A stretch of 64,000 nucleotides of DNA from Amoebophrya sp. A120 (lineage: Eukaryota > Protista > Dinoflagellata): contig CAJINV010000013.1 of the NCBI GenBank assembly GCA_905178155.1, positions 2,532,352 to 2,596,351 on the forward strand. The letters are read 5' to 3'. The notes below the pieces were generated by a model, which saw only the letters and a program-made list of their open reading frames with translations, had not been told where the DNA came from and did not search any database. The position numbers were made by a program, and so were the translations under genes. Position 1 is the first letter of the stretch. Each line of letters begins with the position of its first letter. This document shows, piece after piece, positions 25,994-37,544 of the stretch.

Positions 25994-28900
25994 TCAAACG
26001 TCTTCCTTCCCTCGGAAAAAGTAGAGCCAAAGTTCTTCCTTCGTCGGGACGGTCGTCAGTTTGGAGAATTGATAAAAGTTCCGCTCCAAAATCTCGGAAA
26101 CGATGGGCGACGCTGTTCGCGGTGGCACGACGCGCGAAGAAGAAGAAGATGGCCCGTTGCTATTGAATGCGTTTGCTTCTGTGCTATTCGCGGTACTACT
26201 TGCAATGTTATTTTTAGCGGTTTTCATCGACGCCAAGCTCTCCTTCCACCGGGATTCGACGTACCACTGTCGACTCCTGCACCGCGCGAAGATGTAGGTC
26301 AGCGCCGGGTAGGTCTGCTGACTGTCCGTGAATAACAGCCGCAACTCCGGAATGGCGAGCGGGTGAAAGAGATTTTTCCCGTCTGAAGTCGTACTTTCTT
26401 TTTTTTGTTTCGCGTTTCCGGAAAATGTTGAGGAAGAAGAAAGTGTGGAACTACTGGGAACTTGATTACATACTTCGTGGCTGTATTGCAGGCAGAAAAC
26501 TTTGCTGTAGCGGTCGAGGAAAAAATGGGACAGGTCTTGGTAGTCGTTTTTTGCTCGTCCCAGGGATGAAAATTTAGACTTCTTAAGATCTTCCTGTGCT
26601 GCAACAAGCGGCACCAGAGGCGGAGATGATGAAGTGAGTCCGCAGTTTTCATCATCATCTCGACGTCCCACTGCTGCAAAAGGTGCAGGTGCGAGAGAAT
26701 CGAAGTTCTGGTGCCGGAGGTCGTGCTGTCCTCCACGGGGAAGTAGAGAGGTTTCGTCCTGCTCGGCAGCAACGACATCTCCTGCACTGCTGGTGGAAGT
26801 ACGAATGTTCCTCGACGCGTGTAACGAATTTTGGTCGCCGGAGGTTCTTTCGCTTATCGCCAGTTTTGCGGCAAAGTCGTCTTCCACCTCTGTCAGATGA
26901 ACAGCAGCTGTTGCACCGTTTTGGTCGTGAGCCTCTAGTACCCCTATGGGTAGTTGCAGCTCCGAAGCTCCTCCACTGGTAGAACAAGAACTTCCACCGT
27001 TTGTGTTTGATGCCGGCGTGCTGTTCATCTCTGTCTTTTTCGCGATGAACTCGATCACCTCACTTCCCCACGCCAAGTTCTCCAGATATGCGCGCTGGCA
27101 CATCCAGAAATTTTCCTCCCGCACCCGCAGCGCTTTTTTCTGGAATCCGTTGCTCAACCCCTGCACCGACTGAATTACGCCCTTGATCCGAACCCCCTTC
27201 GGCTGGTTCTCGATCAACTTTCGCAGGACCAAATCCTCTTCCAGAAACAACTCGAACAAGGTGGAGGGCAGTTCCAACAGGTCCGGACTCAGCGCCAGGC
27301 CCCAGTTGCTCAGCTGCTGGTGCTGTGGATTGTAAAAGTGTCTGGGTCTGGAAGGATATGAACTTGTGATGCGCATTCCACTACACAGACAAATCTCTCA
27401 TGCATAAGCATAGGCAGCAAAAGATGTCCACTTCCTGTCACCAAAGTGGCAGTCAGTGGGGGATTTGTCATGCGGATAAAGCAATGCGGAAGCTGCTCGA
27501 CATCTGTGATGCTAGGGCTTCCAGGACAGACATCCTGTGTCATGCAAAAACAGCATGACTCTTCTAGACCCAGACATTTTTGCATTTGATAGGTGCGGCG
27601 TGTGCAGGAAGTGCATCGCGTGCCCGAGCTCGTGCACGACCGCACGCAGGTTGGTCAGCAAGATCGCCCGACAGTCCTTGGACACCAGATCGCCACTCAG
27701 GTTCATCTATACAATGCACAAGAGTACTGCACTCGTACTAGTAGTAATTGCAAAAACGTTCTTCGTCCTTACCTTTTCCAGCATTTGTTATGCAGTAGCG
27801 ATGCATGCGAATGCTTTTCATACTACTAGTTTACAATACTTTGCAATCATGGATATCATCATGCGCACGAATTTCGGCTGGACGAACTGCGCGCACGCGT
27901 TCTGCAAAGCGTTTTTTGACGTCGCGGAAAGGGAATTTTGCTTGAAGTTAAACTCGATGGTGCCGAGGAAGTTGGGATTGCTGTGTTTCGGCGTCAGATC
28001 ATCAACTTGGAGTTGAAGCCTGCTAGTAGTACTCGCCCCGTTCGTGGTGGTCCTGAAAACGTGGTACGCGAGCGGCTTAGAGCGGAGGGCGTAGAACTTC
28101 GGCGGGCTGGTGCTGTCAGCGGTGGTTTTCGCCGTAGTGGGCTGGTGTATGTGATCACGATGGTGGTCTTCTTCCTCTTTTTTGATCGGGCCTGCTCTGT
28201 TGGCCGCCGCACCTGCAGAGGCTGAGGGAGTGGTCCTTGAAGACGAAGTTCCTGCTGCAGCCACGTGGTTCAGCAAGTCCTCCTTCACAATTTTCACTTG
28301 GAGAATGCTCCCGAGGATGGACATCAACAATTCAAAGTCCTTGTCTACCAGGATCGCCTGCGGCCCACAAGACGCGGTCTGCACGCGATCGATCGTTCGC
28401 GTCAGGTACGGCATACAGTGCCGCAAAATCGCCGGCAGGTCGGAAACGACGTGATACGCGTTTCGTGCTTTATTTTCCTCTGCAGCAGCTGCAGCTGGTC
28501 CTGCCGCTCTAGTACCTCCGCCGACCTTGTTTGCTTGCAAATTGACGGTGTTTGGAGGAGGAGGACCTGAGGCCCTCCTGCCGGACCAGTTTTGCGTTCC
28601 GCCCCAAGAACCCGAAGCCGCCCCCGCATGATCCAGCTGCATCACCTCTCGCAGGGCCTGTGCTTTCTCGTTGCCCGCTTTGTTCTTGAACACTTCCTCC
28701 GAAAACCAGTGCGAAAACGACTGCATCAAGGGAAATATGGCACTCTGTTTCTTATCGGACATTTTGTCGTCCAAGACTCCGACTCTCTCATGCACACAGA
28801 GCATGGAATTCTGCACGTCCGCGACCGAGTTGAAGCCGGCTTGATTCGCAACCTTGTTCGCCTCGAGGAGCAGATTTTCCCACAGGTCGGTCAAATTTCT

Positions 28901-31327
28901 TGTAGTCTTCGTTGCTTTGCTTCTACTGTTTGCCGGTAAAAAGGTCATTTCATTTTGTGCGTGCTCGACTTCTACTTTCGCTTTTTCTTCATATTCCATG
29001 AAGGCCTTGTGGTATTCAATTGCGATTCTCTTCCTTGTGGTCGGATTTGTGCAGTATTGCAACACGATCTGGTTGACGATGCGATCCGACAGCTTGATCG
29101 GGACAACGTCGTCGTCGGGCGTATGGAAAAGAACTCGGTGCAGGAAGGAGGCTTTCTCCCAGTCACCTTCAAACCCGGAGTTCCTTACATAGATACAACT
29201 GCGACGGCGGCTAACATGCATATAACTTTTGCGAATGATCGCATAGATATGCGTATATTAAACTTGTGACGCTCGTTTCCTTCGCGTTCGCGCGCCACAC
29301 CTTCACAGCCTAACAGTTCAGCTGCAAATTTTGGCAAAAATACGATAAAAACATACGAAGTTCGAGCTTCAGTTATTTGCACCTTTTAGGACGTCGGGTT
29401 CGGACTTCTGTTGAACAAGTTGTAGCACCTTCATTGCAATACTTTTCTATTCCCATAGCCGCCACAATGGAACTTCCGACTGTACCACAGCAACGCATCC
29501 ATGCACTTCTTCACCACGACCCCCGGCAGCTGCTGCCTGCTCCTCGCCACCCGGTGTATGCATTGCAAAGCAAGTATCTTCGTACAACTCGTTGTAGAAA
29601 TCGCACTATAGCTTTTTCTTCTTCGTTTTTTCTCTATCATGTCTTAATTTGCCTAGTAGAACAAGAATGAACTGCAACAAACTGTAGAAGCAAACCTGTC
29701 ACGCAAGAAGCCACTAATTTCTATGTGCGAGTACGATACTTTTGCACAGGATACGGTACCTTTCCCAGCAGAAATTTCCGAGAAACCCGAAACACTTCAA
29801 TTTCAACTCCAGCAGGCGATCTTCGTCCCTGTTGAGCCCCTGCAGATCGCGCTTTAAAATTTTCACCGGCTTTTTCTTCCAGTTGGCGGCGTCGATGCGT
29901 TGCAAAGCGTTCAGCAATTCGCTCCGCGCCTGCAGGATTTCGTCGGTAAACTGGATCCGCATGGCCTGCGCCGACCGCTCGCACATGCTGTGCTCAATGT
30001 CGCTTGCCGGACTGTGCAGGTCGAGTTCGGGCACGGGGCTGAAAGCAAAGTCTTGGAGGTTGGTGGAAGATGGGGGTTTTGTCCCCGCTGAGGAAAACGC
30101 AGAACCACCACGATGTTGGTCGTTCAGCAAGTCCGCCAGCACGTCGTCGACGTCACTTGATGCTGTTCTCTGTTGCCGGACGGTTCTACTATTTGCAGGC
30201 CCTGCGTTTCTGCTCCCAGAACTTCTTTCGTGGACCCCTCCTCCTGCCGTACTGCTCGAGGCAGTGGCCTCCTCCGCCGCATCTTTTGCTTCGCCTCCGC
30301 GACCACTTGTATCAGCGTCACTGTACACCTGCCACAGATTCTGCAACTTTGCGAACGCCTGCGCCGCGTCGGGGTGCGAATTTCTGTCGGGATGCACTTG
30401 CTGCAGCAGCTGCAGAAAGTCCTTGCGGTCAAGAGTGACACTTTTGCGTCGTGTAGCAGCAGCTCGGTTTCCACTGCTCGTCGTGTCTGATGCTGTTTCT
30501 CGTTCTCGTCCCTTTTGTGGCAAGCTGCTGAAAAGTTGGTCGATTCGCTTCGTCCGGGGGTGCAGAATCCTTCTCACCAAAGCGGCTTGCTGAACTTGGT
30601 TCTGTAGGTCTTGAGAAGGCGTAGTCGTTGCACCCCCGCCTACAGTGCTGTGCGAAGTACCATCTCCACCTTCGCGCGCGGCGTTATGCTCATCGCTTTC
30701 TCGTGGCGTCTGGAAACGTGTTGTTCCTTTAGCAGAAGAACCACGCATCGTCTCTCTATGAAGATCTTCTCCGTGTCGCCCCCCGTCGGAGTGGTTGTGC
30801 GTGCTGCCATCTCCTGTACGGGAAGTTCGCACTCTGAGACGACGAGCAGCCGCATTCGGGACGGCTTCTTTTGTTTGCCGTGCAGCGCGCGATGCGCTTG
30901 CAGTTTCGGCGTGCGCTGTTTTGATGTCGTGTATCGAGGCTACTTTCCCGGTTCTACAGAAAGAGGATTCCAAAATTTCAAAATCCGAATCCTGGCTGGG
31001 TTTCGAAATTGTCCTGCCACCTTGAGGGCCACGCGGCGCCGTCCCAAAACTTTTGTCGCAGTTGCCGCGGTGTATATCAGTGTCGGTGGTCTGCAACTTG
31101 CTGGCATTAAAATTATGATTATCCTTGGTGTGATGTACCTTTCGCTGTAATTCCGGCGACAGTCGAGCAAAATGTCTTGCCTGAGCAAAGATGAGACAAG
31201 TCGCCCGGTTTAGCTCGCGGCACCGAAGAAGATTCGCCGCGGGTTGGAAGACTCCTGACTCGGGCCGGCCGGCTGCCGGAATTCCCCCTAAGCCTCGTCG
31301 GCGGCTTCGGATCAACATGTTGCTCAT
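25994..31327 (-). CDS. Peptidase M3 family metallopeptidase (mitochondrial intermediate peptidase-like), apparently with an N-terminal J-domain-like segment
   Basis: HELGHAMH zinc motif followed by SPDLLELPSTLFE, rebuilt by removing elements 27708-27855 and 27324-27591. The upstream ORF has an Arg-rich presequence-like N-terminus and LQQVHPDRNSHPDAAQAFAKLQ. The link across ~29212-29457 is the weakest join. Confidence 0.7.
27324..27591. mobile_element. Introner of the GTCTGGGTCTGGAA subfamily, TSD GGTGC
   Basis: 24-bp TIR core at 27331-27354 / 27561-27584; GGTGC at 27319-27323 and 27592-27596; left end degenerate (TGTG). Removing 273 nt gives HTPH/QQLSNW. Confidence 0.9.
27708..27855. mobile_element. 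TATS-ended introner, TSD TCATC
   Basis: TATACAATGCAC...TTGCAATCATGGATA; TCATC at 27703-27707 and 27856-27860. Removing 153 nt gives FVRMM/NLSGD. Confidence 0.85.
29557..29753. mobile_element. TATS-ended introner, TSD CGGTG/CGGTA
   Basis: TATGCATTGCAAAG...CTTTTGCACAGGATA. Removing 202 nt joins WERYR/VARSRQQ in frame. Confidence 0.85.
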
Positions 31328-31445
31328 GGCAGCAAAACAAAACTGGCACCTTGGCTACTTACCTCGGGCAGATTTTGCGTGGCGTGGGAGGAAGCTGATT
31401 GAGCAGGAGCGTGTGGCGCCCGCGGTGCTACTGCGCAGGAGCGTG

Positions 31446-31880
31446 CTACAGGGTCTGCAGTTGTTCCTCACCCGCTTGCACTTCCTTGCTACCTTCATCA
31501 GCTACTGCGGCACCTCCACAGGTCGCTGCAATTAACCTGGATCGTCCTTCTTCCAGCCGCGCAATCTCATCTTCCTGTTTTTTCCTTTGCTGCTCCAGCA
31601 TTTCTTTCCGCTTGGCGTCGCTCTCCTCCACCTGCAGTTCCTTTTCGTGCACGATTCGCGCCAAGTCGGAGTGTACCAGCGGGGAAAAATTCTCGCCGAG
31701 GAAATCTACCAGCACTTCCGCGGCGAAGACAAAGTTGTCGAAAATGTTGTAGAACACGTTACTTCTGGTTTTGGTTTTGTTCCGCGGGCTGCCGGAACTT
31801 ACTTGTGTACTGGCCATTTTCGGGGTCCCCTCGACGAGGACTACGTTCTCTTGAGTAGAAGTTCTCACACCAGGCGGAAT
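31446..31880 (-). CDS. Terminal exon of an unknown protein with a coiled-coil stretch
   Basis: 140-aa ORF containing EKELQVEESDAKRKEMLEQQRKKQEDEIARLEE. Upstream exons not resolved. Confidence 0.45.
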   Translation of the reverse strand: MPPGVRTSTQENVVLVEGTPKMASTQVSSGSPRNKTKTRSNVFYNIFDNFVFAAEVLVDFLGENFSPLVHSDLARIVHEKELQVEESDAKRKEMLEQQRKKQEDEIARLEEGRSRLIAATCGGAAVADEGSKEVQAGEEQLQTL

Positions 31881-32552
31881 ATGTTGTGACGGCTCATCGA
31901 ATCGGCATTGTGGTGGAGAAGAAGGGTTCCGCGTGCTCTCGTTGACATTCGTCTTCGCGCAAGTAGTAAACGTCTTCGTATATAACCGTGTCGAGTCCTA
32001 ATAGCAAAAACTTCGTACAGAAAAACATACCTCAACAAGATGCGGTGGGGAGACTGATTCAAAGTTGGACGCTCGCGCTCATCGCTCATCCAGGCAAACA
32101 AATAAAACTCTTGATCATGCAACAAGATGGCGCAGAGTTGGAGACCACTCCTCCGGCTTCATACATTTACATGCGACAGAATGACTGCACTCGGTGAGAA
32201 CTAACTACAACCAGAGCTTGGCTATAAGTGGACCACGCTTCCGAGAAGTCTGCACAAAGAATGTAGAAACCAAACAAACACGATAATCGGACAGAGGAAA
32301 TAAACCGAAGCAGATGCGACAGGAGTGAGTACTTGGTGGAACAAAATAGCGCAGCTGCCTCTGCCGGGTGGAGGTGCCACAAGAAAGCGCAGCCACTGCC
32401 GGCAAGGCGACGAGAGGATAGTAGCAAGCCCACAGCCACTTGCTATCTTCTAAAGAGCCTGAGCATCTTTTAAAGATGTTGGTGTGTGTCGTCCTAGTGC
32501 GCAAGCGCAATGCGATGAAATGGATTCCATATATGTGTCATCTTCAAAAATG

Positions 32553-35500
32553 TCAATCACTGCCGCTACTGGACGCACCTCCGTCCTCGTCGCTCGATTC
32601 GTCGCTGCTGCTCCTAGCTTCCAAGTCGGCTTTTTTCTTCGCTTTTTTTCGTTCCTTGCGTTCTTTTTTCATTAATTTTTTCTCCTCCTTTTTTAGCTTT
32701 TTCATTTCTTTCTTGTCCTTTTTTCTTTGCTTCTTCAACACCTCCTTCTTGGATTTCTTTTCCTTTTTGTGCTTCTTCACCGCTTTCGGCGATTTTGACC
32801 TGGAATTTGAGGAGGAGTCGGAGTCACTGTCTCCCTCCCGATGATGCTTTTTCGACGTCTCATCTCCTCGTCTTGGTCTTGTTCTCCCCTCACGTTCATC
32901 CTCATCTTCCAGGCTATCGCGCTTTCTTTTCAGCACTTCGTTCGCCGAGTTGGTGTGCTGCACAATTCGGTGTGCGACCGCGGCGTTTTCGGATCGCGGC
33001 GGCCGGTAGGACTCGATGATGGGGTGATTTTGGTTCAGCGCCTGCTGTTGGTGGTATTGGTGGTCTTTGTCCAAAACACCCTTTCCGTACGGCTGCACCG
33101 TGACAAAATTGTCCATGTAGTAGGCCGCAGAGCCATTGGTTTGTTCCTTGCCGCCTTTCTTGCCCGCGCCCAAGGCAATGCTGTTTGGGTTGTTCTTGTC
33201 CTTTCCTTTAGAGTTGCCTTTGCCGTCTCCTTTCGAAGACGAAGACTTACCGCCTACGACTCCGCCGGCGTTGGACAAACGCACGTTCAATTTTCGGCCC
33301 TCCAAATTGAAGCCGTTCAGCGCCAGAACGGCTTTGTCCGCCAGTTCCTTGTTTTTCATCACCACAAACGCAAAACCGCGGGTGGCCTTTGGGTTGTTCT
33401 CGATGTCCAAGATTTCTTCGGCCGTCCTGCCGTCATTTATCTCTGTGTTTCCGCCTTTTTTGCCGCCGGAATTCTTGCTGTTATTTTCTTGCGGCACGCG
33501 GATTTCGACCACGGCGTTCTCTCGAAAGGGCACGTTGTGCTGCAGTTCCAGCTCGGATTTGAACGTCTGTAGGAGCTGAGACCTCGAAACCGCAAAGTCC
33601 AGTCCGCCGACGAAAAGTTGGACTTGCGTGTCTTTTATCGCCTGGTCCGACAAGTGTTGCGCGGTGCCAAACTCGTCTTTGGCCTCGTGGAGAAGCTCCC
33701 GCTGTTTGTCTTCCAGAAACCTTCTGGTGCCCTTATGGTCGAACTTTACCTTGAATACTCGGGTCGATCTATCCTGTGTAAAAACCGCACTCACACCCCA
33801 GTTCTTTTTTGTCATACAAGCACATAATGCATGGCCAGGATGTAAGTAAGTAGTTACTCATGCGCAGCTCTTTCAGGAGAATTTTGATTTTCTCGTGGTT
33901 TTTGGAACTCGTCATCGTCATGCTATCACAAGAATCATAAGGTGATCGATTTGTGACACGGGTGCACTTTCTCTAACTACTAGCTAAACGTAACCGCGAC
34001 CATGCGACAGCGCGTCCAAGTTTGTCATGCGCAACGGCAAAAACTTGTTGACTTGTGTAGCAGTCCCAAGCTCGACTAGTACGAGGCGTGCGCGTTTTTT
34101 CACTGGATAGGATTCCCCGATCTGCACCTCGTCGTTCTCCTTCAACGGGACGAAAAATTCGCCGGGCCCGAGCTTCTGTTTGTTCACCTTGCATCCGGCT
34201 TTGCTGAACAGGTCCGTGAGGCCGAACCCTGCCTTTGTGTACGCGAAAACCGCATGCCGGCGCGAGGTACCTGACAAGGAAGGACGATATTATGGCCTAT
34301 CGATATCCGTGGCCGTGCATGCGGCGTGTTCTATAATTTTTGCGCAGTTTAAATGAATCTGCGGCTTGTTTGATATTGTCTGAAAAAACGTTTCGTAGGT
34401 ACGAATGGAAGTTTGTTCGTTTTTTTTTTTTCGCGGGAGCTTCCAATAAAAAAACGCCAACAAAAATGAATAAGCGTCGCACTTGGATGCTGCGGCAGGA
34501 TTTGGCACGCGTCTGGCTGCCTGCCGACGAAAGTCATAAGCCGCTCGCAGGGATCCAAGAAGTAGTCACTCACCACCTCGTTTTCCTTGACCTCTTGCAA
34601 ATTTACCCGTACCACGGTACTGTACAGCTTTCTGTCGTCGACATCGACCAGGTCTAAGCACCGGAAAAGCCACTCGTCCAAAGCCACCGCCCCGTCCGCG
34701 CTCTTGTTGTAGCTCTGCCTGATGTCCGCCAGAATTCTGCCCATCTGATTCTGGCCCTTGCCGTCCACCGTTCCCCAGTAAATGTCGTAAAAGGTGTTCT
34801 CGTACTGGAGCAACCGCTCCCCCGTTTCGAGCAGCGACTTCTGCAGGTCCTTGCTCCGGTGAAACTTGTCCCGCTGGACTTTGTCGCAGATCAGTAACCG
34901 CTTGCTGACCCAGGTCTGCTGGCGCTGCTTCAGGATTTCGTTCTGCCGGATCTTGTCGAGTATCAAGCGAAAATATGTCTGGGTCTGTAAAATTGTCATG
35001 CTAGTCTGGCATGTTGGCTCTGCACTCTGTATTGCGTGGCCACCAAAGGGTAAGGGTCCTCTTGCCTGTCATGCAAAAGCGCAGTTTCTCATGCGAAATA
35101 CGCATCGCAGAAGCACGAAAAAACTTGTCATGCTTGGCGGCCAATTACAGAGCACTTAATTGTTCAGGGAGCAGTTGCATCACAAGTTTCCAGACCCAGA
35201 CATATGATTTGCGATGGATATCGAGACTGCTGTCGTTCGTGATCCCTCGGTCCTGCATCAGCTCGTTGTACTCCTTCCGCATCTCTGCCACCGAGTCCGG
35301 GAAATCCTCCTCGTATACCTATGATTTTGAAAAACGAAAACGCACGACCCAGCAGGAGCGTGGTTCCAGAAAAGTTGCTTGTCAATGTCATGCAAATCTG
35401 CATGAAACATCGAACTAATACTATGCTGTTTCATTGAAACAGAAACACAAGATGCCCTCCAGACGCAGGACGAGTGCTGGTCGGATGCAACAGCACTTCC

Positions 35501-36423
35501 TGTGTAGTTCGGAAACTGTTCATCATCATCTTCAACACAGCAGCAGGCCAAGGAAGTGGATGCGTTGACTACATGCAGCCAGCGTCCCCGTATTCACTAT
35601 TAAGCAAGATGTTGACCACTATGCGACTGAGGATTCAGGGTTTGGGTCAACATGCGCAAGAACTCACAAATGTCACATCGCTCTGTTTCGCTATAAAAAT
35701 GGCTCCTGCTGCTATACGTTTTTCTGTATACGCAGGATATTTCGGGGTTGCGGGTCACTCCGAACCGGCCGCAGAGACTCTTATCGCAGGTGAAGCACTC
35801 CAGCTCTGTATCCTGAGTAAAAACGTACCCACGCCAGAGTTGTAATGCAGATTTGCAAAGACAGGAAGACTTGTAATGCGCATCCCCATGAGATGAGCCA
35901 TTTCCAATCGTGTTTTGGAATTTGTGATGCTGTGAACAGGATGAGCAGATGAATCTGTGATGCGGCTGCACTTGCTAACCGGCACTACACTGCATAGCGC
36001 AACTTGTCATGCGTGACTCACAAAACTCCTAGGTTTGTGTTGCAAAATCCTCATCCTGACTCTGGTGTGGGTACGTTTTTACTCAGGATACTCTGCCTGG
36101 AGCATGGCGGCCGTTGCGGACGGGTAGTCGCGTCGGACAAGATCGAGGTCCGACATGTAGGACACCACTGACGGGAAGTCCGGATCCAGGAAGCCGTATA
36201 TCCCCTTGAAGTAGTCGATTTTCGTGAACTTGTGGTCCTTGGTGATCACGTTTTGCGCCAGAGCGGCCTGTTGCTTTTCCTGCTGGAGCTTTTTTTGGTC
36301 GGCAGCGGACATGTTCAGCTTCTTTCGGAGTTCCTGTGCGCGCGCGTTTTTCTCCTTCATGGTATCGTGCATGTGGGATGAGGACTTAGCGGTCTCCCGC
36401 TTGGTAGACATAAAGGCTGACAT
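32553..36423 (-). CDS. NADAR (YbiA-like) - FHA - RRM fusion protein with a Lys/Glu-rich C-terminal tail
   Basis: NADAR: YFKGIYGFLDPDFP..YPSATAAMLQA and DKFHRSKDLQKSLLETGERLLQYENTFYDIYWG..GQNQMGRILADIR. FHA: FVGRQPDACQILPQHPSTSRRHA..TDLFSKAG..NDEVQIGESTRVF. RRM: LFVGGL, RGFAFVVM, LNGFNLEGRKLNV. Joined through four elements and a GT-AG intron at 34271-34482. Confidence 0.75.
33770..34109. mobile_element. TATS-ended introner, degenerate TSD CGATC/GGATT
   Basis: TATCCTGTGTAAAAACCGCAC versus the reverse complement of the right end, TATCCAGTGAAAAAACGCGCAC. Removing 345 nt rebuilds the FHA motif QIGES/TRVF. Confidence 0.85.
34961..35220. mobile_element. Introner of the GTCTGGGTCTGGAA subfamily, TSD TCGAG
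   Basis: TATC..ATATGTCTGGGTCTG / CAGACCCAGACATAT..GATA; TCGAG at 34956-34960 and 35221-35225. Removing 265 nt gives SSLD/KIRQ. Confidence 0.9.
35314..35739. mobile_element. Probable TATS-ended introner, TSD CCTCG/TTTCG
   Basis: TATA...GATA ends with a weak TIR. Removing 431 nt gives TRNPE/EDFPD in frame. An internal exon cannot be excluded. Confidence 0.5.
35809..36090. mobile_element. TATS-ended introner with ~30-bp TIR, TSD CTCTG
   Basis: TATCCTGAGTAAAAACGTACCCACGCCAGAG / CTCTGGTGTGGGTACGTTTTTACTCAGGATA; CTCTG at 35804-35808 and 36091-36095. Removing 287 nt gives MLQAE/LECF. Confidence 0.92.
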
Positions 36424-37544
36424 TTTTTCAGCGCCGTGGTGTAGGTCTAGTGTTAGTGGCTGATTATTTTATACTTCGTTCATCTTCATCTACTACTTAT
36501 TTTCACAGGGCCTAAATAAAACTAAGGGCGCTGCCAACGCCCGGGTGGTCTGGTCTCGCACAAAAGCCGCATAATCTTTATCTTGAAGTGTACCACACTT
36601 TAAGTTAGTAGATAATTACGGTTTTTAGAAAAACTCCGTATTGCTTCTGTCGCCTTTGTCGCTGGATTTTTGATGAAGAGGTAACAGTAGTAGCTTTCTC
36701 CAAAGAACCTAATGGCGGCACATCGAGGTCGTGGTCGTCCACCCCCGGCACCTTCAAATGATAAAGGGTTGGAATTGTTTTCCCGTACGTAGCAGGACAT
36801 CAAAGATCGTAAGTCAGAAAAAGGCTATTCATCTTCATCCTCCTGGTGTAGTACGATCGTGCATATTTTTTGTCCAGAACTGGAACCAAGAACTGAAGGA
36901 ACGTCATCGCTCGCTGAAGATCTGAAATAGGACCGTTGCCACTTCTTGTTCTCACCACGTCCGTGATGTCACAAGGTGCGAAATCCAGCGGCTTCAAGCG
37001 GAACAATGTCAGCGCTGCTCTCTATCTTTCCTTTCTACTTGTGCCTCGACCATCCCGTAGCTGGTGCACGAAAATGGATTATATTTTCTTGGAACTTTTG
37101 CGGGCTCGCAGTTAGCGGCGCGGCGGTCGTGGCCGTGACGCAGGTGGCAGCGAAGGGAATTCAAATTCGACTACCAGTTTAAACATATTGAATGATGATC
37201 CTACATTTATCGTGTGAAAAATTTGTGTGGGCAATGAGTATTATTGCGGTCTGCTTCTGCTGCTGTCGCAACTAACAGAAACTGTAACGTGATGAAAAAA
37301 GTAGAATCATCAGATTTCTAGGAAGCACTTCAGATTCAGTGGAAATCTAAGTGATAACTTGATGAGTATGTTTCACCATTTTCAAATCTGCTTCTGGTGT
37401 GCTGCGCAGTTCCAGCTGCACTTCTTTTCGTCTTGCGTTTACTTCTTCACAAGCACACCAAGGGGGGCGCTTTTTTCGTTGTTGTCCTTTGTTTCACCCC
37501 CACCCGAGGACGACGCCTCTTTTTCGTCCTTTTTTTCGGACGTC

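Noticed and set aside
27329-27586. Shorter intron definitions using 3-4-bp repeats beside the inner TIR (ATT here, GCGA at 34967/35211, TGCA at 56680/56917)
   Set aside because: They are also in frame, but the TAT...ATA plus 5-bp TSD boundary is consistent across all elements and was preferred. Only RNA data can exclude the shorter versions.
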